This document shows positions 1 to 8,640 of a stretch of 64,000 nucleotides of DNA, in pieces. The DNA is from Pirellulaceae bacterium (GTDB lineage: Bacteria; Planctomycetota; Planctomycetia; Pirellulales; Pirellulaceae). The stretch lies in contig JAHDXO010000005.1 of the NCBI GenBank assembly GCA_023382975.1, positions 44,876 to 108,875 of the forward strand, given 5' to 3'. The position numbers and the translations under genes were made by a program. The notes under the pieces are model-generated. The model was not told the DNA's origin, did not search any database, and saw only the letters and a program-made list of their open reading frames with translations. Positions within the stretch are counted from its first letter, which is position 1, and each line of letters opens with the position of its first letter.

Positions 1-527
1 CCGGCAAGAAGAATATCTTGGAAGGCAGCAAAGCGGGGCTCACGTCCAAGGAGACCGAGATCAAACTGACCAACGTGGCCCGCGCCAGCCTGGAGGAATT
101 GCTGGACGACTACTACGATTATCTCCGCGCCCGCGATCTTCCGATTTGGGACAAGGATTCCCGCGAGGCCAAGTATGTCCGCCAACTCGGCCGCAAGACG
201 CCGCAGACGTACGAGAACTATCGCGAGTTCGTCGAGACGCGTCCGCCCGAGGTCGTCGCCAACATCGCCATCTGCCTGATCCACCAGACCAACTTTCTGA
301 TCGACCAGCAGCTTCGGCGTCTGGAACAGGATTTCGTGGAACAAGGCGGGTTGCGCGAGCGCATGACCCGCGTCCGCACCGCCTACCGCAGCGCGAAACC
401 GAGCCGACCCGCCAGCCATTCAACCTCGAACGACCGCCCCCAGGAAAAGCCTCCCGACACTCCTACCTCGCCTAATTCCCATTCCTCCCAAACCCGCAAG
501 CCCGGACCCTCCGGAGGCGAACGATGA
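1..527 (+). CDS. 5'-truncated CDS (frame 3..527) running off the left edge of the window. Probably a four-helix-bundle (23S rRNA IVS-like) protein with a '4HB suffix' domain, of the kind often embedded in Type I R-M operons between hsdM and hsdS.
   Basis: The frame is open from position 3 with no start codon inside the window. Its TGA stop overlaps the hsdS ATG (ATGA at 524-527). The sequence NVARASLEELLDDYYDYLRARDLPIWD...IHQTNFLIDQQLRRLEQDF resembles the 4HB-suffix family from memory; I could not run a search. Confidence 0.4.
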   Translation, partial: GKKNILEGSKAGLTSKETEIKLTNVARASLEELLDDYYDYLRARDLPIWDKDSREAKYVRQLGRKTPQTYENYREFVETRPPEVVANIAICLIHQTNFLIDQQLRRLEQDFVEQGGLRERMTRVRTAYRSAKPSRPASHSTSNDRPQEKPPDTPTSPNSHSSQTRKPGPSGGER

Positions 528-1810
528 AGCCGCCTGTCGAAATGACGAAAACCGGCGGACGTGACGCGACCACACGCCACATTCCCCCGACGCTTGCCTT
601 GGCTGTTGGAATGCCATCGAAATCGCCGCCGAATGGTTGGCGGTGGACGGCACTGACCAAACTCGCCCGCATGGAATCGGGGCATACGCCCAGCAGGAAA
701 CGTCCCGATTACTGGGGAGGCACAATACCATGGATTGGAATTCAGGATGCGAAATCCAACCACGGACGGCGCATCCATGACACCCACCAGAAGACAAATG
801 AACTGGGGATTGCCCATTCATCCGCGCGCATTCTGCCGGAGAATACCGTTTGTCTGTCGCGAACGGCATCGGTCGGGTACGTCGTTGTCATGGGGCGTCC
901 GATGGCAACCAGCCAAGACTTCGTGAATTGGGTCTGTTCGAGCGACCTCGATCACGATTTCTTGAAGTACCTGTTCATCGCAGAAGACGACAATCTTCTC
1001 AGGTTTTCCAGTGGCGCCGTACACCAAACCATCTATTTCCCCGAAGCCAAAGCCTTCCATATTTGCCATCCACCTCTTCCCGAGCAGCGGCGGATTGTGG
1101 GGATTCTGGACGCGGCGTTTGACGGGATCGCGGTGGCCAAAGCCAACGCCGAAAAGAACCTCCAAAACGCCCGTGCCCTCTTCGAAAGCCATCTGAACGC
1201 GGTGTTCAAGACGAAGAAATGGAAATGGCGAACTTTGGGCGAACTATGTCACGGGGTCGAATATGGTTCCTCTGCGAAATCAAGAAAAGAAGGGAAGGTA
1301 CCCGTTCTGCGAATGGGCAACATTCAGGACGGACGATTGAACTGGGAGAGTCTTGTCTACACGGATGACGACGAGGAAATCGCAAAATACCAACTCAAAC
1401 ATAATGATGTCTTGTTCAACCGAACAAACAGCCCGGAGTTGGTTGGCAAGACGGCAATCTACAAGAGCGAGATGCCGGCCATTTCTGCAGGTTATCTTAT
1501 TCGGATTCTTCGCAGGGTGGAGTTGTTGGATGCTGACTACTTGAATTACTTCCTCAACAGCCGAATTGCATTTGATTATGGCAAGACGGTTGTTATTTCA
1601 AGCGTAAACCAAGCCAATATCAACGGGGCAAAGCTGAGAGGTTATCCAATCCCAGCCCCTTCCTTGGCAGAACAAGAACGCATCGTCGATGAGCTTAATG
1701 GCCTGCGAACCGAAACCCAGCATCTCCAATCCATCTACCAGCGCAAGCTGGCGGCGTTGGACGAGTTGAAGAAGTCGCTGCTGGATCAAGCCTTCCGGGG
1801 TGAATTGTAG
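524..1810 (+). CDS. hsdS: Type I restriction-modification specificity subunit HsdS, with two target-recognition domains.
   Basis: 428-aa ORF. It has the conserved HsdS central segment (LPEQRRIVGILDAAFDGIAVAKANAEKNLQNARALFESHL) and C-terminal segment (LAEQERIVDELNGLRTETQHLQSIYQRKLAALDELKKSLLDQAF), with two variable TRDs between them. The ATGA overlap with the upstream gene and its position directly before hsdR support the call. Confidence 0.85.
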   Translation: MKPPVEMTKTGGRDATTRHIPPTLALAVGMPSKSPPNGWRWTALTKLARMESGHTPSRKRPDYWGGTIPWIGIQDAKSNHGRRIHDTHQKTNELGIAHSSARILPENTVCLSRTASVGYVVVMGRPMATSQDFVNWVCSSDLDHDFLKYLFIAEDDNLLRFSSGAVHQTIYFPEAKAFHICHPPLPEQRRIVGILDAAFDGIAVAKANAEKNLQNARALFESHLNAVFKTKKWKWRTLGELCHGVEYGSSAKSRKEGKVPVLRMGNIQDGRLNWESLVYTDDDEEIAKYQLKHNDVLFNRTNSPELVGKTAIYKSEMPAISAGYLIRILRRVELLDADYLNYFLNSRIAFDYGKTVVISSVNQANINGAKLRGYPIPAPSLAEQERIVDELNGLRTETQHLQSIYQRKLAALDELKKSLLDQAFRGEL

Positions 1811-1820
1811 CGGGGATACC

Positions 1821-4214
1821 ATGAACGAAGCCGAGACCCGAGCGGAGTATATCGATCCGGCGCTGGCGGCGGCGGGCTGGGGGGTGGTCGAGGGCAGCCA
1901 GATCCGGCGCGAGTACCCGATTACGCTGGGGCGGTTGGAAGGCTACGGACGGCGTGCCAAGCAATTGATGGCGGATTACGTGCTGGTGTACCGGAACACG
2001 AAGCTGGCGGTGGTCGAGGCGAAAGCGTGGGACGAGGAACTGACCGAGGGCGTGGCTCAAGCCAAGCAGTACGCCGGGAAACTGGCCATCCGCTTCGCCT
2101 ATTCGTCCAACGGGCAAGGCGTCTACGGCATCGACATGCAGGAAGGGACCGAGGGCGAGATCGACCGGTTCCCGACGCCCGACGAACTGTGGAACTCGAC
2201 CTTCGCCGCGCCGAACGCCTGGCGCGACCGGTTTGCCGCCGTGCCGTTCGAGGACAAGGGCGGGTACTTCCAGCCTCGTTACTATCAGGACATCGCGATC
2301 CAGCGCGTCCTAGAGGCGATCGGCATGGGCCGGAACCGCATCCTGCTGACGCTGGCCACCGGCACGGGCAAGACGTTCATCGCGTTTCAGATCGGTTGGA
2401 AACTGTTCTACAGCCGCTGGAATCTGGCGGAGTGGAACGCGGACGGCGATCCGTCGCGACGTCCCCGCATCCTGTTTCTGGCCGACCGCAACATCCTGGC
2501 GAACCAGGCGTTCAACGACTTCTCGCCCTTCCCCGAAGACGCACTGGTGCGGATCGACCCGGACAGCATCCGCAAGCGGGGCAAGGTGCCCAGGAACGGC
2601 AGCCTGTTCTTCACGATCTTCCAAACGTTCATGAGCGGCCCGCCGAAGAACGGGCAGCCCTCGCCCTACTTCGGCGACTACCCGTCCGACTTCTTCGACT
2701 TCATCGTGATCGACGAATGCCATCGGGGCGGAGCCAACGACGAGAGCACTTGGCGCGGCATCTTGGAGTACTTCGCGCCGGCTGTGCAGCTCGGCTTGAC
2801 CGCCACGCCCAAACGGCAGGACAACGTGGACACCTACGCCTATTTCGGCGAGCCGGTGTTCATCTACTCGCTCAAGGAAGGCATCAACGACGGCTTCCTG
2901 ACGCCGTTCAAGGTCAAGCAGATCCAGACCACGCTGGACGAGTATGTCTACACGTCCGACGACACGCTGGTCGAAGGCCAGATCGAGGCGGGCAAGGTCT
3001 ACGACGAACCGGACTTCAACAGGATCATCGAGATCCGGGAGCGCGAGCAGCACCGCGTCAAGCTGTTCATGGAGGCGATCGACCAGCGGGAAGAGACGCT
3101 GGTGTTCTGCGCCACGCAGGCGCACGCACTGCTGGTCCGCGACTTGGTTAACCAGATGAAAACCAGCACGGATCCGAACTAATGCCACCGGGTCACGGCG
3201 GACGACGGGGCACTGGGCGAACAGCATTTGCGGGATTTCCAGGACAACGAGAAGACGATCCCGACGATCCTGACGACCTCGCAGAAACTGTCCACCGGCG
3301 TGGATGCCCGCAACATCCGCAACATTGTGCTGATGCGGTCGGTCAACTCGATCATCGAGTTCAAGCAGATCATCGGCCGCGGCACGCGGCTGTACGACGG
3401 CAAGGACTACTTCACGATCTACGACTTCGTCAAGGCGCACCACCACTTCCGCGACCCCGAATGGGACGGCGAACCGGAGCCGGAAGATGTTTGCCCGAAG
3501 TGCGGCCAACAGCCGTGCCAGTGCGAGCGGCAACCGCCCAAGGTCTGCGAGCGGTGCGGGCAACGGCCGTGCGTGTGCGTCAAGGAACCGTGCCAGAAAT
3601 GCGGCAACTCGCCGTGCGAGTGCAAGAAGAAGGCGAAAGTCAAGCTTGCCGACGGCAAGGAGCGACGCATTCAGCACATGATGGTGACCAGCTATTGGCA
3701 CCCGGATGGAACACCGATGTCGGCCCAGCAGTTCCTGGAATTGCTGTACGGCAAGCTGCCCGACTTCTTCCAGGACGAAGCCGAACTGCGTGCCCTGTGG
3801 AGTGCCCCAGACACCCGCGCCAAGCTGCTGGCCGGGTTGGCCGAAAAGGGATTCGGGCCGGACCAGATGGCCGAGATGCAGCGGATCATCGATGCCGAGA
3901 AAAGCGATCTGTTCGACGTGCTCGCCTACGTGGCCTACGCCCGACCGGCGATCACCCGCGAGGAGCGGGCGGCGATTGCCAAGGTAGAAATCAGCCAGCG
4001 TTTCAATTCCAAGCAGCAAGCCTTCCTGGACTTCGTGTTGGCGCATTACGTCAGCGAAGGGGTGTACGAGCTGGACCAGGAAAAGCTCACCCCGCTGCTG
4101 CGTCTGCGCTACAACAACTCGATCGCCGACGCCATCGCCGACCTGGGCCGCCCGGAAGAGATCGGCACCGTGTTCGCAGGCTTCCAACGCTATCTGTACG
4201 AGATTGCGGTGTGA
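1821..4214 (+). pseudogene. hsdR: Type I restriction enzyme R subunit HsdR (DEAD/DEAH helicase-nuclease), interrupted by a single in-frame TAA at 3180-3182. It also carries a triple Cys-rich repeat in its C-terminal region.
   Basis: The N-terminus MNEAETRAEYIDPALAAAGW is the canonical HsdR start. The ATP-binding motif LATGTGKT, DEAH-box motif DECHRGG, and helicase motif VI (QIIGRGTRL) are all present. ORFs 1800..3182 and 3228..4214 are in the same frame and separated only by TAA. Read-through gives ...TDPN*CHRVTADDGALGEQHLRDFQDNEKTIPTILTTSQKLSTGVD..., a contiguous HsdR sequence. Confidence 0.85.
3489..3630 (+). repeat. Three tandem ~42-nt coding repeats inside hsdR that encode a Cys-rich motif, CxxCGxxPCxC, three times (zinc-ribbon-like).
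   Basis: Translation: CPKCGQQPCQCER / CERCGQRPCVCVK / CQKCGNSPCECKK. The repeats sit directly after helicase motif VI. Confidence 0.7.
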
Positions 4215-4262
4215 TTGTCGAAGAATTACCCTCGAAACAGGACTTGAAACGCTTGAAACGAT

Positions 4263-4298
4263 AAAAACCCGCGTTTTCCTTGGAGAAACGCGGGTTTT
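4263..4298. terminator. Bidirectional rho-independent terminator between the hsdR 3' end (+) and the tRNA-Val 3' end (-).
   Basis: AAAAACCCGCGTTTTC-cttggag-GAAACGCGGGTTTT: a perfect GC-rich stem (CCCGCG/CGCGGG) flanked by an A-run on one side and a T-run on the other. Confidence 0.7.
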
Positions 4299-4314
4299 CT
4301 GGGGTTCCTGCAAG

Positions 4315-4388
4315 TGGGCGACACGGGACTCGAACCTGTGACCTCCGCCGTGTGAAGACGGCGCTCTAACCAACTGAGCTAGTCGCCC
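4315..4388 (-). tRNA. tRNA-Val, anticodon CAC.
   Basis: Reverse complement: GGGCGAC-TA-GCTC-AGTTGGTTA-GAGC-G-CCGTC-TTCACAC-GGCGG-AGGTC-ACAGG-TTCGAGT-CCCGT-GTCGCCC-A. The cloverleaf has a 7-bp acceptor stem, T-loop TTCGAGT, U33, and A37. One A-C mismatch lies in the T-stem. CCA is not encoded. Confidence 0.8.
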
Positions 4389-4643
4389 TGAATCGGACGT
4401 TATAGTAATCGATGGCAAAACAGTTTTCCAGAGGGCAGGAGACGATTTCCTGGTTGCAATGGCGCGAGGTTCCGAAGTCGGCCTGAGCGAACCCCGCGGC
4501 CACGTTGTTGGTCGCGCGGCGGAACGTGTGGTTGATCGCGGTTCATACCACGCGGATAATCGCGTTTCAGCGGCCGGTTGGTGGGATGTAGAACACTGGC
4601 CGCGTTTTTCCGAGATTCGATTTTTGCAGAAGGAGTCGCATCG

Positions 4644-5684
4644 ATGATTCGAGTGGGTATCGCCGGTATTGGCTTTATGGGCTGGATTCACTATCTGGCG
4701 TACCAGAAGGTCCGCGGAGTCAAGTTGGTGGCGTTTGCCGAGCCAAATGCCAAGCGGTTGGCAGGCGATTGGCGCGATATCAAGGGGAATTTTGGGCCTC
4801 CCGGCGAGATGGTGGACTTGACGTCGATGGCCTGCTACTCGGATTTTCACGAGATGTTCGCTGATCCGAATGTCGACGTGGTGGATCTCTGTTTGCCGCC
4901 CGCGATGCATGCGGACGCTGCCGTCGCCGCTTTCAAGGCCGGTAAACATGTGTTTTGCGAAAAGCCCATGGCGTTGAATACAACGGACTGCCGACGCATG
5001 GTCGCCGCCGCTCAGCAAGCGGGCAAACTGCTGTTCATCGGCCACGTCCTGCCTTTTGTGCCCGAGTACGCTCACGCCCTGAAGATCGTGCGCGAGGGCA
5101 AATTCGGCCGTCTGCTGGGTGGCAGCTTCAAACGGGTCATCTCCGACCCGCTGTGGCTCAAGGACTTCTTCGATCCCCAACGCGTTGGCGGCCCGATGTT
5201 GGATCTTCACATCCACGATGCCCACTTCATCCGCCTGCTGTTCGGACAACCGACGGCCGTGACCAGTCGCGGTCGCATGCGCGGCGACGTGGTGGAGTAC
5301 TTCAATACGTTCTTCGAATTCGAAGACCCGTCCCTCGTCGTCAGCGCCACCAGCGGCGTGGTCGGTCAGCAAGGCCGACCATTCACTCACGGCTTCGAAA
5401 TCCAGTTGGAAAAAGCCACGTTGAACTACGAACTGGGCGTGTACGGCGATCACGTCGAGGTGATGCCGCTGAAGGTGCTGCCGGCAAACGGCAAGGTGGT
5501 GCGCCCCAAACTGAGTGGTGGCGATATGCCCGATGCCTTCGTGGACGAAATCAAGGAAGTGGTGAAATGCGTGACTGCCGCACAACCTTCGGCGACGCTC
5601 GATGGCGACTTGGCTCGCGATGCCGTGGTGCTGTGCCACAAGCAGACCGAATCGGTCAAGAAGGGCAAGACGGTCAAGGTGTAG
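4644..5684 (+). CDS. Gfo/Idh/MocA-family NAD(P)-dependent oxidoreductase.
   Basis: It starts with the Rossmann N-terminus MIRVGIAGIGFMGWIHYLAYQKVRGVKLVAFAE. An AAGGAG RBS lies 7 nt upstream of the ATG at 4644. The ORF track extends to 4578, but the RBS supports 4644 as the start. Confidence 0.8.
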   Translation: MIRVGIAGIGFMGWIHYLAYQKVRGVKLVAFAEPNAKRLAGDWRDIKGNFGPPGEMVDLTSMACYSDFHEMFADPNVDVVDLCLPPAMHADAAVAAFKAGKHVFCEKPMALNTTDCRRMVAAAQQAGKLLFIGHVLPFVPEYAHALKIVREGKFGRLLGGSFKRVISDPLWLKDFFDPQRVGGPMLDLHIHDAHFIRLLFGQPTAVTSRGRMRGDVVEYFNTFFEFEDPSLVVSATSGVVGQQGRPFTHGFEIQLEKATLNYELGVYGDHVEVMPLKVLPANGKVVRPKLSGGDMPDAFVDEIKEVVKCVTAAQPSATLDGDLARDAVVLCHKQTESVKKGKTVKV

Positions 5685-5814
5685 CGAGGAAGAAACTCGC
5701 CTTCTGAAGCCGTTGCCGGATGGAACCAAGAGGGTTGCATCCGCGCCGCGAACTTGCCGCGTCGCTGGCAAATGACTTGAAGGGCTGGAATGACCAACCA
5801 ACCTCCAGCCCAAA

Positions 5815-5886
5815 CTACCCGGCCAGGACTCGAACCTGGACTAAGGGAGCCAAAATCCCTAGTGCTGCCAATTACACCACCGGGTA
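5815..5886 (-). tRNA. tRNA-Gln, anticodon UUG.
   Basis: Reverse complement: TACCCGG-TG-GTGT-AATTGGCA-GCAC-T-AGGGA-TTTTGGC-TCCCT-TAGT-CCAGG-TTCGAGT-CCTGG-CCGGGTA-G. It has the U1-A72 pair and G73 discriminator typical of bacterial tRNA-Gln, and the anticodon loop is UUUUGGC. Confidence 0.85.
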
Positions 5887-6154
5887 TCCGCAGACGCAGA
5901 GTATGATACGCAATTCTTGAAGGACCACAACGGGGCATCCCGACGTGTCAGGTTGGAAGCGGCTCAGCATTCCACCAGCGACGTCACGATTGCACTACTT
6001 TTGGCGACATGCCAATCCTTGCACGGATCGAGTGTGAGGAGATCGGTGTTGGCTCCCCCGCGATCGAGGATTCTGCAGGGAAACCATCCTCGATCACCAA
6101 GTGGCTCGGATGCGACGGGGGAAGCGGGAGTGTCTGACCTTGAGCGAAACGGCG

Positions 6155-6640
6155 TCAAGGACGCTGATAGGTCCCGATCAATTCGCCGCGGTCCAGGATA
6201 TGATCGCGCATGGCGTACTCGACGGCCGCTTTGTCCACGCCCGGATGGAGACCGAGATCGCAGTCTACCGCGTACAGCTTGAAGTGGTAGTGATGGACGC
6301 CGTGCCGGGCCGGCGGAGCCGGGCCGCGATAGCCAGTCGTCCGTCCCGATGTCCACGAGTTACGGCCTTGAAAGGCCTGGACGGGCAACTCGATCCGCGT
6401 TGCCGTTGGCATCCCTTCGGGCAATTCACTGACCGAGGCGGGCAGGTGGTAGAGCACCCAGTGAACCCAGGGCTGAGTTGTCGGGGCATCGGGATCGTCG
6501 CAAATCAACACCAACTCGACCGACCCTTCGGGAACATCCTCCCAACGCAGGTCGGGTGAGACGTCCTCGCCGTCGCCGGTGAACCTGCGTGGAATCGCTG
6601 CGCCGTTGGCGAAGGCGGTACTGGAGATTTGGATGGTCAT
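6155..6640 (-). CDS. YbhB/YbcL-family (PEBP / Raf-kinase-inhibitor-like) protein.
   Basis: The PEBP signature ...DPDAP...HWVLY...GPAPP..HHYHFKLYA is present. The start MTIQISS at 6640 forms an ATGA overlap with the stop of the upstream PSP1-like gene. Confidence 0.75.
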   Translation of the reverse strand: MTIQISSTAFANGAAIPRRFTGDGEDVSPDLRWEDVPEGSVELVLICDDPDAPTTQPWVHWVLYHLPASVSELPEGMPTATRIELPVQAFQGRNSWTSGRTTGYRGPAPPARHGVHHYHFKLYAVDCDLGLHPGVDKAAVEYAMRDHILDRGELIGTYQRP

Positions 6641-7395
6641 CGTGTCGTGCTCCCTGTCGGTGGAGAATCTGGATGAAGCCGTTTGCGTTTGCGGCAGGAT
6701 TCGGCTGCCGCACAGACCGCGCAATCGCTGGCGCTGCCGCAGCCTCGCCGCGACGATGGAGCGCGACCGGTCGAGCCCGCCGGGATGCCGCCGCTGCTGA
6801 TCTCGTCGCCGCAGCCGAAATCCTTGCAGCCACTATCGCCGCAGCCGGGATCGCTACAACCGGTTGCGTGGCATCCGCATTCTTCGCAGACGTGGTCTTC
6901 GCCATCGCTGCCCTCTTCGCCGTCGCCGACTGGCTGGCGTTCAATCGGCCGGAAATGCACTTGGGTGTGAAACGTACGCGCAAGCCGCAAACGCAAGGAT
7001 TCGCTTTGCGGCGGCACTTGATCGGCGAAGTAGAAGTACAGTGCCGTGCCATCGAACAGCGGCTCCGCATCGATCAAGATCGCCGACGACAAACGGTTCC
7101 GCTTCAAATCCTGTTGGCACGAGCGAAACGCGGAATCTCGTCGCACACGGAGGATGGCCAGATGGGCGTCGTCCGCTGGCAACAGTGGCCGCAAGACATT
7201 GCCGGCTTCCGCGCCTTCGGGCAGCTCCACCGTCGACAGAACCTCGCCCACTTCCACGCCGCGTTCGGTTCGACAGATCACCTTGGTCAATCGTGGATAG
7301 TCCGCGTTACCGGCCGCCACAAACGGACGTACGCACCCCAATACCCCGATCCGAATGAGAAGCTGCTTGGTCACTCGCGAGTTTTCCCGAATCAT
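6637..7395 (-). CDS. PSP1 C-terminal-domain protein (RicT/YaaT-like) with an atypical Cys-rich tail.
   Basis: VICRTERGVEVGEVL and ALYFYFADQV...LRLRLARTFHTQVHFRPI align, from memory, with B. subtilis YaaT (VIVETVRGIEYGQVV and [33 protein letters not shown]). The C-terminus CEECGCHATGCSDPGCGDSGCKDFGCGDE replaces the usual CGR.LCC motif. An ATG is confirmed at 7395. Confidence 0.55.
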   Translation of the reverse strand: MIRENSRVTKQLLIRIGVLGCVRPFVAAGNADYPRLTKVICRTERGVEVGEVLSTVELPEGAEAGNVLRPLLPADDAHLAILRVRRDSAFRSCQQDLKRNRLSSAILIDAEPLFDGTALYFYFADQVPPQSESLRLRLARTFHTQVHFRPIERQPVGDGEEGSDGEDHVCEECGCHATGCSDPGCGDSGCKDFGCGDEISSGGIPAGSTGRAPSSRRGCGSASDCAVCAAAESCRKRKRLHPDSPPTGSTTR

Positions 7396-7523
7396 GGGCG
7401 TCGACGAAACCCGTTCCGGCTTGTTACAATTGCGAGCCCACGATTCCCAGGAATCCCTGCGCCCGCCGTCCTGCTTCGTGCCGGGATGTTTTGTCCGCCT
7501 GAACTCTGTGAATAGGTTGTCAG

Positions 7524-8606
7524 ATGCAACGGAACGCTCCCATGATGTCGTCTGCTGCGATGGAAATCAAGACGGAAAGAAACGAGTCTGTGAATGACTG
7601 GCAGCGTCTGGCCAAACGGATTCTGCACGGACATCGACTGACGATGGAGGAAGGTCTGGCATTGCTGCAAGCGCCGGACAACCAGTTGCTGGACGTCCTG
7701 GCGGCGGCCTACCGCATTCGCGAGCGGTATTTCGGCAACACGGTCCAGTTGTATTTTCTGATCAACGCCAAGAGCGGACTGTGTCCGGAGGATTGCTCGT
7801 ACTGCTCGCAGTCCAAAGTCTCGAAAGCTCCGATTCCCAAGTACAACATTCTGCAACGCGACCAGTTGATGGAAGGAGCCAGGATCGCGCGGGAGCGAAA
7901 CGCGCGGACCTATTGCATCGTCATTTCGGCCCGCGGTCCGAACGAACGTGAAATGCGCGCGGTGGAAGAGATCGTGCCCGAGATCAAGTCCAAGTACGGG
8001 TTGCGGGTGTGCGCGTCGCTCGGGTTGCTCTCGCAGCCGCTGGCGGATCGGTTGAAGGCCTGCGGGGTCGACCGCATCAATCACAATCTGAATACCAGTC
8101 CGGATTACTACGAGTCGATCTGCTCGACCCATTCGTACCAGGACCGCATCGCAACGCTGCAAGCCGTGCGACAAGCCGGCATGGAACTCTGCTCGGGCGG
8201 GATCATCGGATTGGGCGAGCGGGACGAGGACGTGGTGCAGATGGCGATCGAGCTGCGCGAGATCGGCGTGGAATCGATCCCGCTGAACTTTCTGAATGCG
8301 ATCGACGGCACGCCCTTGGAGGGCAGCAACCGCCTGAATCCCCGCTACTGCTTGAAAGCGTTGGCCATGTTCCGCTTTGCGAACCCCGATCGCGAAATCC
8401 GTATTGCCGGTGGCCGCGAATTGCATCTCGGCAGCCTGCAACCGCTCGGCTTGTACGCCGCGAACTCGATCTTCGTGGGCGACTACCTGACCACTCGGGG
8501 CCAAGCCCCGGATGCGGACTACCGGATGATCGAAGAAATGGGCTTCGTGGTCACCCGCGGGGGCGAGCCCGCCAGTGATCCCGAAGAAGAGTTGCAGGCG
8601 GGTTGA
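7524..8606 (+). CDS. bioB: Biotin synthase (radical SAM).
   Basis: The radical-SAM cluster motif CPEDCSYCSQS is present, and overall similarity to BioB runs along the full length (YFLINAKSGLCPEDC...GGIIGLGE...). An ATG is confirmed at 7524. Confidence 0.9.
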   Translation: MQRNAPMMSSAAMEIKTERNESVNDWQRLAKRILHGHRLTMEEGLALLQAPDNQLLDVLAAAYRIRERYFGNTVQLYFLINAKSGLCPEDCSYCSQSKVSKAPIPKYNILQRDQLMEGARIARERNARTYCIVISARGPNEREMRAVEEIVPEIKSKYGLRVCASLGLLSQPLADRLKACGVDRINHNLNTSPDYYESICSTHSYQDRIATLQAVRQAGMELCSGGIIGLGERDEDVVQMAIELREIGVESIPLNFLNAIDGTPLEGSNRLNPRYCLKALAMFRFANPDREIRIAGGRELHLGSLQPLGLYAANSIFVGDYLTTRGQAPDADYRMIEEMGFVVTRGGEPASDPEEELQAG

Positions 8607-8640
8607 TCACCGCTGCGGTGCCGCGTTCTCGCAACTCGTC

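Noticed and set aside
4315-4388. Alternative reading of the tRNA anticodon loop as UCA (a UGA suppressor or Sec-like tRNA).
   Set aside because: That register puts a pyrimidine at position 37 and breaks the 5-bp anticodon stem. The CAC register gives U33, A37, and a perfect CCGTC/GGCGG stem, which points to ordinary tRNA-Val. The short variable arm also rules out tRNA-Sec.
2310-5813. 1167-aa minus-strand ORF spanning hsdR, the terminator, tRNA-Val and the oxidoreductase gene.
   Set aside because: It lies antisense to well-supported genes and crosses a tRNA and a terminator. It is a low-complexity R/A/G-rich translation typical of stop-codon-poor high-GC DNA, with no recognisable domain.
6060-6095. 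10-bp inverted repeat GATCGAGGAT-(14 nt)-ATCCTCGATC downstream of the PEBP gene, considered as a terminator.
   Set aside because: No U-tract follows on the relevant strand. It may still form a hairpin, but the evidence is insufficient to call it a terminator.
7396-7523. Possible BirA operator or biotin regulatory palindrome in the bioB divergent promoter region (TTGTTACAATTG segment).
   Set aside because: There is only a weak 12-nt quasi-palindrome with no convincing match to the TTGTAAACC/GGTTTACAA-type bioO. It cannot be supported without comparative data.
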